This document shows positions 9,183 to 18,688 of a stretch of 50,091 bases of DNA, one piece after another. Made by a program: the position numbers and the translations under genes. The notes beneath the pieces were generated by a model. That model saw nothing but the letters and a program-made list of their open reading frames with translations, had not been told where the DNA came from and did not search any database. Each line of letters opens with the position of its first letter. Positions within the stretch are counted from its first letter, which is position 1. This DNA is from Eubacteriales bacterium (GTDB lineage Bacteria > Bacillota > Clostridia > Oscillospirales > CAG-272), in NCBI GenBank assembly GCA_045643865.1, contig JAZRFU010000071.1, positions 1 to 50,091 of the forward strand, written 5' to 3'.

Positions 9183-9764
9183 TCAGTCGATATCCTCGGG
9201 CTTGTCTTCGAGAACGATATCAAAGTCACCAAGCTTATTTACCTTAAAGCCGTTCTTCTTGTACTCCTCGTAGTCAAATGCCTCAAGCTCGTCAATAGCA
9301 AGCTTGTGGAACTCGTAGAAGTTGTGCCACCATTCGTAGCCGCTTCCAAGCTCTGCATTGAGGTAAGCATCTGCGATATCGCAACCCATCTTGGGAGCTA
9401 CGTAGAACGCACCCATAGCAAGAACGTTAACGCCGTTACCCGTGATAGCGCGGAGTGCCGCGGGAACGCTTTCAACTACACCTGCATGTACGTGGGGGCA
9501 CTTGCTTGCCGCGATATGAATACCCATACCCGTGCCGCAGAAAAGGAGTGCTCTCTCGTATTCACCCTCAGAGATCATTGCGCCAACGCGAAGACCTACT
9601 CTGTGGAACATGAGATCGGTGTCATCGGGATCACTATCCACTCTTACACCAAGATCAAGGATTTTCCAACCCTTTTTGGTCAGGTGCTCTACTACCGCTT
9701 CCTTGAGAGGAAATCCTGCAAAGTCCGCACCTACTACTAAGTATTTGTCTTTTACTGTTTTCAT
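9183..9764 (-). CDS. RpiB/LacA/LacB-family sugar-phosphate isomerase
   Basis: LVVGADFAGFPLKEAVVEHLTKKGWKILDLG ... ALLFCGTGMGIHIAASKCPHVHAGVV resembles the RpiB/LacAB fold signature (CGTGxG). There is a C-terminal extension relative to classical RpiB. Confidence 0.7.
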   Translation of the reverse strand: MKTVKDKYLVVGADFAGFPLKEAVVEHLTKKGWKILDLGVRVDSDPDDTDLMFHRVGLRVGAMISEGEYERALLFCGTGMGIHIAASKCPHVHAGVVESVPAALRAITGNGVNVLAMGAFYVAPKMGCDIADAYLNAELGSGYEWWHNFYEFHKLAIDELEAFDYEEYKKNGFKVNKLGDFDIVLEDKPEDID

Positions 9765-9818
9765 GATATTTCTCCTTTATGTTTAATTTTTACGTTCAAG
9801 ATTAGTTTTTGCCAACAT

Positions 9819-10988
9819 TCAGGCAAACACAATTTTTGTGGATTGACGGAAAAGCTTATCGCCGGTTCCTTTTTTCTCATCCGATACGACCTCAAAGCAG
9901 TATGCGGTAACACCGTCGGGCAAATGATAAGAATACGCGCCGTTTTCTTTTGCCACCTGTACGCTTTCCCACTTCCAATCATGAGAATTTTTATCCCTGG
10001 AAAGAGTGTAAACGAAATTAACGCTCTCAAAAAGATCGTTTGACGAGGTCATTTTGGCAACTCCATCCTCAATGATTATATCACCGAGCTTCGTCAGTGT
10101 TGCTTCGCCGTAAATTATATGTCTGAAAAATGCATTTATCTCGGGAGTCAGATCCCAATAATGTCCGTGCTCCAGATCGCTTCTCTGCGAATAATATTTT
10201 TTGACAGGCGCAAGATCAGCACTTCTCATTCTGTTGACTGCCGAAAAACATCCGTCACCAATTCCCGAAACAAACATCATCGGTCTTGTTGCGTTGGGAA
10301 GATACGAGGAAGGGTCATAAAGCTTTATCCATTCATCATGACCGTCATGACCGCCAAATGCTTCGATGCACAATTCACTCTCCTCGGCATTTTTTAGCCA
10401 AAAGGCATCTTCATGGGCGTATCCGCAGCCGTAAACCGGAGCAAATGCGGCAATTCGATGATCAACGCCCGCAACTATATTTGTTATATATGCCCCCCAA
10501 GAAATACCCGTCATAACTATTTTGTCTGTATCAACGTCATTTCTTGCGCGGAGTATATTGTTGAGCATTATTATGTTGTAAACCGCGTGATACACCCAAG
10601 ACTGTCTGGGCGATTTGACACCCGAAAAAAGTGAACCGTGCGGCTCTCCGTTATGTGCGGCTTCGAGATTGAGTATCTTTTTCTGATCCTTGTCAAGCTT
10701 GTAACCGAACATGTCAACAGCGATTGCAACAAATCCTTTGTTATTCCAATATTTGATCCATTCGGGGAAAACCTGTCCCCCGCCACCGTGCGCCAATATG
10801 ACCGCAGGATATTTCTTTCCTTGTTCATAATTGAGCGGAACTCCTATTGCGGCAAAAGGCCACGTAGCATCAAGATGTCCGTACGGGGCGGATTTGAATT
10901 TGAGTGCCTCAATTCCCTCGCCCAAATTTATCTTCGGCATAGTATGTATTTCGGGCACTGTTGCAAACAACTTTTCAAGATTCCACAT
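9819..10988 (-). CDS. Alpha/beta hydrolase (acetyl-esterase / dienelactone-hydrolase-like)
   Basis: Oxyanion-type HGGGG (VILAHGGGGQ) and nucleophile elbow GISWGAY. No signal peptide. Confidence 0.6.
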   Translation of the reverse strand: MWNLEKLFATVPEIHTMPKINLGEGIEALKFKSAPYGHLDATWPFAAIGVPLNYEQGKKYPAVILAHGGGGQVFPEWIKYWNNKGFVAIAVDMFGYKLDKDQKKILNLEAAHNGEPHGSLFSGVKSPRQSWVYHAVYNIIMLNNILRARNDVDTDKIVMTGISWGAYITNIVAGVDHRIAAFAPVYGCGYAHEDAFWLKNAEESELCIEAFGGHDGHDEWIKLYDPSSYLPNATRPMMFVSGIGDGCFSAVNRMRSADLAPVKKYYSQRSDLEHGHYWDLTPEINAFFRHIIYGEATLTKLGDIIIEDGVAKMTSSNDLFESVNFVYTLSRDKNSHDWKWESVQVAKENGAYSYHLPDGVTAYCFEVVSDEKKGTGDKLFRQSTKIVFA

Positions 10989-11009
10989 AGAGAGTTCTCC
11001 TTTTTATTG

Positions 11010-12299
11010 TCATGTGTCGTCTGCGTCGGACAGTTCTTTTCTTTTAAGCTTTCCGACCACGGTATTGAGATAAATTATCAATCCGATCAAAAGAATTACG
11101 GAGATTACGGACACTACCTGCTGCGCGTAAACGTGCAGACCGAGGAACGTATTCTCATTGCTTTGTATGTGCGATACCAGAGGAGTTACCGCAAGCGTTG
11201 TGAAAAAGCCCGCAAAACCCGCAAGTGTACTGTTCAATGCCAGTGCACCGATTCGTTTCTCCTTATCTACATAATCATAAATAAGATTTATCGTTGCACT
11301 GTTGATGCCCGCCATTGCTATTGCGTAAAGCATATAATAAGCCGTATAGAGCACCTTACCGTTTGCAGGCACCGTAAATACATTGATCGTAAATCCTACG
11401 AGCATTATGACAAAACAAACATTAAGCATTTTAGCGAATGAATATTTATCTGCAAATTTGCCCATAGGTTTTGAAAATATCGTTCTGACAACGGCATAAG
11501 CCGCAGACAAAATCGACACGAAAGTCATTGTAAATCCAAGTTCTTTGATCTGATACGATCCGTAGAACGGAGTGGAAACATAATTCACTATGTTCCAAAG
11601 CACCGAAATGAGAATTACCTTAAACAAATTCTTATCTCTTATCAGTTCGCCCAAAAGCTTTTTCGGGGGAATCTTTTCATTCTCTTCCGCCGGCTTTTCA
11701 CAGGAGAAAATAAGCGTTGCGCTATGTAATATCATCAACACGAATACACTTATTCCGCACACGATAAATGCGCCATTAATATTGCCTATCGCTTCGAAAT
11801 GATCTATCACCGTTCCCATTGCAAACGAGAAAACCATTCCGCCTATAAGCGATACCATTTCCTTGTTCGCCGTGAAGCTGCCGCGTTTATGATCATCCAC
11901 AAGCGACATAAACCAGTTGATCTTAGGGGAGTTTACGACGTTGGTTATGATGTGTCCGAGCAACAAAAACCCGATAAACAAGACGGTTTTCAGCTCTCCG
12001 GACGAATCTATTACCGGCACTAGATAGATCAAAGCAAAGAATAGCTGATTTATCATATGCAAAACGGTAACCCAGCGCTTTACAGGTCGCTTATTCGCCA
12101 AAAATATTGCAATGACCTGAAAACCGAACCCGAGCGAAACAAAGGACGTTAAAAGTCCCGTTACTGTGTCCGATAAACCGATAGAGGTCGTTACTTTTGC
12201 AAGATACGCGCCTGTTACCAGCAAGGAAATGAAATATTCAAACGCTGCTTCCAAAATGTAAAGAAAGCGACTTAATTTATATTTATCTGTACTGTTCAT
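11010..12299 (-). CDS. MFS-type transporter (about 12 TM, possibly a sugar/oligosaccharide:cation symporter)
   Basis: Highly hydrophobic 429-436 aa product with repeated TM segments. The ORF-track start at 12320 is a TTG. I prefer the ATG at 12299 (MNSTDKYKL), but the start is uncertain. Confidence 0.65.
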   Translation of the reverse strand: MNSTDKYKLSRFLYILEAAFEYFISLLVTGAYLAKVTTSIGLSDTVTGLLTSFVSLGFGFQVIAIFLANKRPVKRWVTVLHMINQLFFALIYLVPVIDSSGELKTVLFIGFLLLGHIITNVVNSPKINWFMSLVDDHKRGSFTANKEMVSLIGGMVFSFAMGTVIDHFEAIGNINGAFIVCGISVFVLMILHSATLIFSCEKPAEENEKIPPKKLLGELIRDKNLFKVILISVLWNIVNYVSTPFYGSYQIKELGFTMTFVSILSAAYAVVRTIFSKPMGKFADKYSFAKMLNVCFVIMLVGFTINVFTVPANGKVLYTAYYMLYAIAMAGINSATINLIYDYVDKEKRIGALALNSTLAGFAGFFTTLAVTPLVSHIQSNENTFLGLHVYAQQVVSVISVILLIGLIIYLNTVVGKLKRKELSDADDT

Positions 12300-12344
12300 T
12301 GTTGTTCGCCTTCTTTCCAAAACCGTGTTGACTTAATCATCGGG

Positions 12345-12388
12345 AAATCTCGCAAAGTGACATCTTGTGATGTCACTTTGCGAGATTT
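12345..12388. repeat. Perfect 20-bp-stem inverted repeat abutting the tRNA 3' end
   Basis: AAATCTCGCAAAGTGACATC (12345-12364), TTGT loop, GATGTCACTTTGCGAGATTT (12369-12388). No U tract follows on the minus strand. Confidence 0.9.
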
Positions 12389-12462
12389 GGCACCCCCAGC
12401 GAGAATCGAACTCACAACTAACCCTTAGGAGGGGCTTATTATATCCATTTAACTATGGGGGC
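12388..12462 (-). tRNA. tRNA-Arg (anticodon CCT), CCA encoded
   Basis: Minus strand: GCCCCCA UA GUUA..UAAU A AGCCC CU-CCU-AA GGGUU AGUUG GUGAG UUCGAUU CUCGC UGGGGGU G CCA. A cloverleaf could be folded by hand, with a GTTCGATTC T-loop. Confidence 0.85.
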
Positions 12463-12500
12463 ATGATCGGGCGGGTTTCCCTGCCCGACGTTTATTAAAT

Positions 12501-14210
12501 TCAGATTATAACGTTATACTCAAACTCGGTTTCATGCTCATTTTTGCCGACGATATCAATAAGATACGCCGTGATATTTTGCTGATTGCCTCTTGAATGG
12601 CTTCTGTAACTATCTGTAGAATACGATGCCGAATATCTGTCCTTGTCGAAATAAACCTTAGCGCTTCCAAGGTCTATAACCCCATCGGATATCTCGGGTT
12701 TATTGCGCGAAACAATACGCTCGGTTGCCCTATCGTCAGATTTTGTAAACACAAATTTATCTTTAACTGTGATGCCCGTAGCACCGAACTCAAAGCGGCG
12801 GCGTATTTTTTCAACTCGTCCGTGCTCGTAGGCGTCCTCTATGTCCATTGAGAAATAATTATCCCCAAATTCCACGTTTTTGGATACAAAAGGAGGTCCG
12901 TACTGCTGGAACACATCGTTATTTATGAAGGGCACGCTATGTCCGTGAGATCCGCAATTCACGAGAGTATATCTGACATTTTCGTCAAAATAATCCTTAG
13001 TGTACTCAGCACTGCCGAGCTCGGCTAACGGTACTTCGTTTTCTCGGGTTACGATCATATAGCTTCCAACGTCATTGTGGTTATGCGATTCCCAGTTGCT
13101 TCCTGCCTTTGCGGCGATCGAATATGTATTACCGTGATATATGTACCACTGCGCATCCTTGAATGCATACGTACATCCGCACACGTCATCTTCTTTATAG
13201 TCAACGTCAAACCATATCAAATCCTTTGCTGACGGCATGGTCTGTGTCGCATTTGAGAGCTGGAACGCGGGATAAAGTATTTCTCTGCCATATTTTTTGC
13301 GCAACAAGCAGGTTGAGCCCGCACTGAAGAAATAATTATCTCCGTTATCGGAAAAGCTTGCACATTTTGTAGTTCCAAGTCTGATGCGCTGACCGAACAT
13401 AGCAATCTGCTTGATCTTTTCATTATCAAACCAGTTTATTCTGCCGCTTGTGTAATGATAAACACCCTCGGCATAAAACAGAAAACCGCCAAATCCAAAA
13501 TTCCAATATCCGTATCCTTCAACACAACAACCGTCATCGCGGAATCCACCCAAATAGTTCTCTATTGCACGGTTATACATAGGAATAAGGGGATCTATTT
13601 CCTCGCGGCTTGCAAATCTTGACACGGCGATAAAGGAATTGCCGGCGCATACTCCTGCCCAGTTGTTTCCTGTGTTCTGCCAGCCGTACGTCTTGCCCTC
13701 AACCAAAGGATTTATAATTCTTCTACGTATTTCGTAGGATATTCTATCTCTTACATACTCAGGCAAAACATCGCCAACCAGAATATCAACCTCTGCAAGC
13801 AACCGTCCCGTTTCCGCTTGGAAAAGATCGGTTTCTTCGATTATATCCTTTACCGTAGGGTCGGGCTTGGGCAAAAACGCATGTGCAGGCAAGCACCACG
13901 AAAACTCGTCACATATCGTATATACTATATCGATTAATGAATCAACGTATTTTTCGTCCTCAGTTAACCAATAGGCAAGAGCAAGGCATGAGCAATCGCT
14001 GCGACGTTCAAAATACTTATCCTCATATATCCTTCTATTTCCCGTTTTGGGAAAAAGCATATATTCGCTCATTTTAAGCGCCGGATAGGTTTTACCGATA
14101 AGCCCGTCCGCTTTGCTTATTGTAGCAGAAATATGCTCCTTAACAGCGTCACATGCCAGCAACTTTTCTCTTTGCGCCTTGACGTCAACTCCAAATCCAT
14201 TGAATAACAT
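12501..14210 (-). CDS. Heparinase II/III-like family protein (cytoplasmic polysaccharide/oligosaccharide lyase-like)
   Basis: The segment WESHNHNDVGSYMIV resembles the heparinase II/III HxHxDxxSF motif, and the N-terminal half is alpha-helical. The start is moved to M13 (ATG 14210) behind GGAGGA. No signal peptide. Confidence 0.6.
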   Translation of the reverse strand: MLFNGFGVDVKAQREKLLACDAVKEHISATISKADGLIGKTYPALKMSEYMLFPKTGNRRIYEDKYFERRSDCSCLALAYWLTEDEKYVDSLIDIVYTICDEFSWCLPAHAFLPKPDPTVKDIIEETDLFQAETGRLLAEVDILVGDVLPEYVRDRISYEIRRRIINPLVEGKTYGWQNTGNNWAGVCAGNSFIAVSRFASREEIDPLIPMYNRAIENYLGGFRDDGCCVEGYGYWNFGFGGFLFYAEGVYHYTSGRINWFDNEKIKQIAMFGQRIRLGTTKCASFSDNGDNYFFSAGSTCLLRKKYGREILYPAFQLSNATQTMPSAKDLIWFDVDYKEDDVCGCTYAFKDAQWYIYHGNTYSIAAKAGSNWESHNHNDVGSYMIVTRENEVPLAELGSAEYTKDYFDENVRYTLVNCGSHGHSVPFINNDVFQQYGPPFVSKNVEFGDNYFSMDIEDAYEHGRVEKIRRRFEFGATGITVKDKFVFTKSDDRATERIVSRNKPEISDGVIDLGSAKVYFDKDRYSASYSTDSYRSHSRGNQQNITAYLIDIVGKNEHETEFEYNVII

Positions 14211-14309
14211 ATCAGTTTTCCTCCGTATTTCGTCACATGAAGTCAATATTATATCGACACCCCAATTGTATCACATAATTAAATATTTTGCAAGTCAAAA
14301 AGAGATTTT

Positions 14310-14894
14310 TTAATATTTATTTTTTTCAAAATCACTTTTAATTAAAGCGCAAACGCCTATATCACGATATTGTCCTTTTACCAGCATACGCTGCCTCTGT
14401 ATTCCCTCAAAAGTCATGCCGTTTTTCTCCATAACTCTGCGCGATGCTTCGTTGCCGACCATATATTTGGCCTCTATACGATTCAGTTCCAAGCGGCAAA
14501 ATCCAAACTCAATGATTTTTGAAACGACCTCGGTTGCTATTCCCTGCCCGTGATATGCGGAATTCAACACATATCCTACTTCTCCGCAATCGTTGGGATA
14601 GTCAAACCGCGTAAATCCGCACGTGCCTATCATTTTGCCCGAATCCTTGCACACTACTGCCCAGTCAAAGAAATCTCCCACTCTGTATCTGCCCTTGATG
14701 TAATGCAAATATTCTTTGGTATATGCTTTGGTTTGGTGCGGTGACCACGTCAGATATTTAGTCACCTCTGTATCGTGCGCGTACTCATACATATCGTCCG
14801 CATCATCGGGATGCAAGCGGCGCAAAATAAATCTATCGGTTTCAAGCTCGGGGAGCTTGGAGAATACCTTATATATAAATTCTTTCTTCATCAC
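14310..14894 (-). CDS. GNAT-family N-acetyltransferase (RimJ/RimL-like)
   Basis: LRRLHPDDADDMYEYAHDTEVTKYLTW ... GYVLNSAYHGQGIATEVVSKIIEFGF...LNRIEAKYMVGNEASRRVMEKNGMTFEG is the typical acetyltransferase-3 pattern. Confidence 0.8.
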   Translation of the reverse strand: MMKKEFIYKVFSKLPELETDRFILRRLHPDDADDMYEYAHDTEVTKYLTWSPHQTKAYTKEYLHYIKGRYRVGDFFDWAVVCKDSGKMIGTCGFTRFDYPNDCGEVGYVLNSAYHGQGIATEVVSKIIEFGFCRLELNRIEAKYMVGNEASRRVMEKNGMTFEGIQRQRMLVKGQYRDIGVCALIKSDFEKNKY

Positions 14895-15005
14895 GATCTC
14901 CGTTACGTTATTGATACAATTCTGTTCTTAATATGGATTATATACTATCATATCCAAAAATTCAAGAGAAATTGATAATAAGATGGCATTTTTTCAATTT
15001 TAATG

Positions 15006-15033
15006 TTGAAAAAACGTCAGTATGTGGTATAAT
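15006..15033 (+). promoter_or_regulatory. Candidate sigma-A promoter for murE
   Basis: TTGAAA (15006-15011), 16-nt spacer, TGgTATAAT extended -10 (15025-15033). Confidence 0.45.
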
Positions 15034-15112
15034 TATTGTGTTGACATATACATGCGCACCGAAAATAGCAATTTCGTAATCAAAGCAATAAAAGTAAGGA
15101 GGGATAGCCGGC

Positions 15113-16624
15113 ATGAAAATAACAGATATTATCGAGATGATTCCCATAATATCCTCATACATTCCCGAGCCGATAACAAGGCGCTCGATCCTGTCCTTAT
15201 GTCACGATTCCCGACAAGCTACCCCAACCTGCGCTTTTTTCTGCAAAAAGGGCGCTCTCTCCGACGGACACGATTACGCTATACACGCATATTCAAACGG
15301 AGCGCGTATATTCATAGCGGAGCGAGAGCTTGACCTTCCAAACGATGCGGCGGTTATCATAACTTCCGACTCATCATCGGCGCTTGCACGTATGTCCGTA
15401 GCTTTTTACAACGATCCGTCCAAAGAGCTGAAGATCATCGGCATAACGGGCACAAAAGGAAAAACCACTGTTGCCCTGTCTGCATATTCAATCGCTTGCT
15501 CATACGGCATAAGATCCGGATATATCGGAACCAACGGAATACATTACGGCGGTAAGGTATATGAAACGGTAAATACCACTCCCGATGTGCTTGAACTTCA
15601 AAAATATTTACGGCAAATGCGTAACGACGGTGTTGAGGTCGTATTTCTTGAGGTGTCCTCGCAGGCCCTCTGGCAGCAGCGCACGTACGGACTTTGCTTC
15701 CACACGGTCGTATTCACCAATCTTTACAGGGATCATATTGGCGGATGTGAGCATCCAACGATGGAGCATTACAAAAATTGTAAAAAGCTGCTTTTCTCCG
15801 AATACAGCGCAGAAAATGCAGTAGTAAACTACGACTCTGCCGATGCGCAATATATGCTCGACGGGGCAAATTGCAAGAATATATTTACCGTATCCGCGGC
15901 AGGAAATGCAAGTTGCTCACTTTACGCACAATCCGTAATGAAAGTGTCAAGCAATATGATACCCGGAATATCCTTCAAATGCCACGGAAACGGAGATATT
16001 TCTCTGCCGGGAAGCGACATATTTATTCCAATCCCGGGTATATACAGCGCAGAAAACGGATTGCTTACTATGGCAATATGCTCACTTGTGGGCATAGATA
16101 CAGATTTCATAGCAAGCGCCATGGCAACTCTTTGTGTAAAAGGAAGATTTGAAACTGTACGTCTTGATTCTTTGCCAAATTCCCTATTTATTATTGACTA
16201 CGCGCACAACGGTGCGAGCTTGCGCTCGGTCATGAACGCGCTTAAGGAATATTCGCCTAAACGCATTATTTGTCTTTTCGGTAGCGTGGGCGGTCGAACC
16301 TTTGAGCGCAGACGCGAGCTTGGTGAGGTCGCCGCAGAGCTTGCCGACGTTATCATAGTAACATCCGACAACCCCAACAATGAAAATCCGCACAGTATAA
16401 TGAACGACATAAACGATGCGATCAAAAGCACGGACAAGCCCGTTTATCTGATAGCTGACCGTAAGGACGCCATTGGCAAGGCGGTCGAGATTGCAGAGGA
16501 CGGTGACTATATACTGCTGGCCGGCAAGGGTCACGAAACCTACCAGCTTATCCACGGTCAACGAGTACCGTTCTGCGAGCGCGAGATATTAAAGCTGTAC
16601 GATATTATTCATTCTAAATATTGA
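15113..16624 (+). CDS. murE: UDP-N-acetylmuramoyl-L-alanyl-D-glutamate ligase (MurE); the amino-acid specificity motif is atypical
   Basis: Mur ligase P-loop IGITGTKGKTT, DYAHNGASL, and TSDNPNNENP at the position of the DNPR motif. RBS AAGGAGGG. Confidence 0.9.
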   Translation: MKITDIIEMIPIISSYIPEPITRRSILSLCHDSRQATPTCAFFCKKGALSDGHDYAIHAYSNGARIFIAERELDLPNDAAVIITSDSSSALARMSVAFYNDPSKELKIIGITGTKGKTTVALSAYSIACSYGIRSGYIGTNGIHYGGKVYETVNTTPDVLELQKYLRQMRNDGVEVVFLEVSSQALWQQRTYGLCFHTVVFTNLYRDHIGGCEHPTMEHYKNCKKLLFSEYSAENAVVNYDSADAQYMLDGANCKNIFTVSAAGNASCSLYAQSVMKVSSNMIPGISFKCHGNGDISLPGSDIFIPIPGIYSAENGLLTMAICSLVGIDTDFIASAMATLCVKGRFETVRLDSLPNSLFIIDYAHNGASLRSVMNALKEYSPKRIICLFGSVGGRTFERRRELGEVAAELADVIIVTSDNPNNENPHSIMNDINDAIKSTDKPVYLIADRKDAIGKAVEIAEDGDYILLAGKGHETYQLIHGQRVPFCEREILKLYDIIHSKY

Positions 16625-16627
16625 CAA

Positions 16628-16659
16628 AAAGCTCCCGAAGCGATGGCTTCGGGAGCTTT
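16628..16659. terminator. Bidirectional terminator between murE and the dus gene
   Basis: AAAGCUCCCGAAG-N5-CUUCGGGAGCUUU. Confidence 0.7.
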
Positions 16660-16662
16660 CAT

Positions 16663-17706
16663 TTATGCGTTTGTTTTCAATATGTTTCTTATAATTTCCT
16701 CTATTTGTGCCGTTGAGGTAGTCTTCATTATGCTATCTCTTATTGCGGCAGCGGAACGAACTCCCTTGATATAGAGGGCGGCGTGCTTTTTCATTTCTGC
16801 CGCGCTTATATGCTCACCCTTGGCATCGCGTATAAGCGAAATATGCTGAATACAGACCTCAAGCCGTTCTGCAAGATCGGGAGCGGTATATTCCTTTCCG
16901 TTGAGTCGCGCCGCGATCTCCTCAAATATCCACGGATTGCCAAGAGCGCCTCTGCCTATCATTACGCCGTCGCAACCGGTTTTGTCTATCATATTTACCG
17001 CATCATCGGCACTGGCAATATCTCCGTTGCCGATAACGGGAACGCTGACCGAACGCTTCACTTGTTCAATAATCCCAAGGTCTATTCCGGGTGCATACAT
17101 TTGCTCGCGCGTTCTGGCGTGGACACATATAAGCGATGCTCCGCCTGCCTCTGCCGCACGGGCGACCTCAGGCGCATTCTTGCTTTGATCATCCCAGCCC
17201 GCGCGTATTTTAACGGTAACAGGGGTATCCTTGAGCGCCTTGACTGTGTTTCTGACTATTTCTTCGACGAGGCGCGGATTTTTCATCAGCGCACTGCCCT
17301 CACCGTTGCCAACTATTTTATGCATAGGACAACCCATATTGATGTCTATCGCCACGGGAACGTCCTCGGAAACACAGCTTTTATATGATCTCTCCTCGAT
17401 CAGCTTCGCCGCGCGCGCCACAAACTCCGGCTCGCTTCCGAAAAGCTGTATTGCCATCGGATTTTCGTCTGCTCTTACCGCCGCGAGCGGAGCGGTCTTG
17501 AACACAGACGTATCGTTTTTCTTAATGATCTGCTCGTAGCACAGTGCCTTGGCGGATACCATCTCGCTTATGGTGTATTCCGCGCCTCGCTCGCGGCATA
17601 TTTTACGGAATGAATAGTCCGTAAAGCCCGCCATAGGGGCAAGCATAAGTCCGTGCTTCAAGCTGACTTTTCCTATATTTATACTCACGTCGATCTCCAA
17701 TTTCAA
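16663..17706 (-). CDS. dusB: tRNA-dihydrouridine synthase
   Basis: LAPMAGFTDYSFRKICRERGA...DINMGCPMHKIV...VKIRAGWD...HARTREQMY are the Dus-family motifs. Confidence 0.85.
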   Translation of the reverse strand: MKLEIDVSINIGKVSLKHGLMLAPMAGFTDYSFRKICRERGAEYTISEMVSAKALCYEQIIKKNDTSVFKTAPLAAVRADENPMAIQLFGSEPEFVARAAKLIEERSYKSCVSEDVPVAIDINMGCPMHKIVGNGEGSALMKNPRLVEEIVRNTVKALKDTPVTVKIRAGWDDQSKNAPEVARAAEAGGASLICVHARTREQMYAPGIDLGIIEQVKRSVSVPVIGNGDIASADDAVNMIDKTGCDGVMIGRGALGNPWIFEEIAARLNGKEYTAPDLAERLEVCIQHISLIRDAKGEHISAAEMKKHAALYIKGVRSAAAIRDSIMKTTSTAQIEEIIRNILKTNA

Positions 17707-17819
17707 TATTTATCACCAACATTTTAACATTTTCAGCTCTCCGTGTCAATACACCAATGCCCAAAAGCAAATATTTTCAGCCGTACGGCAATATAATATA
17801 TCAAAAAAGGAGGTCATAC

Positions 17820-18668
17820 ATGAAAGATCTTGCATATTACAACGGAAAAATCGGCGCGATAGATGAGGTGAGCGTTCCCTTTTGCGATAGAGTGCATTTT
17901 TTCGGAGACGGGGTTTATGAGGTCACTCTGGCAAGAAATCATATCATCTACACGCTACATGAGCATATCGACCGCTTTTATCGAAGCGCATCTGCTATCG
18001 ACATACATATTCCATTAAAAAAAGAGGAACTGGCAGAGCTTTTGTACCAGCTCGTCCTCAAGGTTGACTCCCCCGATCAGCTTGTATATTGGCAGCTCAC
18101 GCGCGGGACTCACCCTCGTATGCACACCTATCCCGAAGGCATAATGGGAAACATGTGGGTAATGCTACGAGAGGAAAAGCCAAAGGACATATCAAAGCCG
18201 GTACGCGCAATAACCGCCAAGGATATGCGCGCTGAAATGTGTCACGTAAAATCATTAAATCTTATTCCCGCCGTGCTTTATTCTCAAAAAGCTATGCAAG
18301 CGGGTGTATATGAAACCGTACTGTACCGACAAAACGGGATCATAACCGAGTGCTCTCATTCAAACGTACATATTATCAACAGTCGCGGCGCATTCCAGAC
18401 CGCCCCCGAAAGCCATCACATTCTTGCGGGAATAGCGCGCGCCAATCTCATAGATGCTTGTCATCAGCTTGGCATAGAGGTTGAATTGTCGCCGTTCAAT
18501 ATAGATGAGCTTATGGGAGCGCAGGATGTAATAATATCGTCATCAACCGCGCCTTGCTTTTCCTGTACCGAAATAGACGGAATTTCTGTGGGCGGCAAAA
18601 ATCCCGATACGGTTAATGCCCTACGTGATTTTGTAATGTCTGATTTTATAACAAAAACGGGGGGCTGA
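17820..18668 (+). CDS. dat: D-amino-acid (D-alanine) aminotransferase, class IV PLP enzyme
   Basis: MKDLAYYNGKIGAIDEVSVPFCDRVHFFGDGVYEV plus the conserved K in CHVKSLNL and the LAGIAR motif. The start is moved to ATG 17820 behind AAAGGAGG. Confidence 0.8.
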   Translation: MKDLAYYNGKIGAIDEVSVPFCDRVHFFGDGVYEVTLARNHIIYTLHEHIDRFYRSASAIDIHIPLKKEELAELLYQLVLKVDSPDQLVYWQLTRGTHPRMHTYPEGIMGNMWVMLREEKPKDISKPVRAITAKDMRAEMCHVKSLNLIPAVLYSQKAMQAGVYETVLYRQNGIITECSHSNVHIINSRGAFQTAPESHHILAGIARANLIDACHQLGIEVELSPFNIDELMGAQDVIISSSTAPCFSCTEIDGISVGGKNPDTVNALRDFVMSDFITKTGG

Positions 18669-18688
18669 AAAGCCCCCTCTAAAACGCA

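Noticed and set aside
12321-12500. A genomic island or integrative element at the tRNA-Arg locus.
   Set aside because: No integrase, no direct repeat of the tRNA 3' end, and no compositional break was visible by eye. The flanking genes look like one functional glycan-utilisation cluster.
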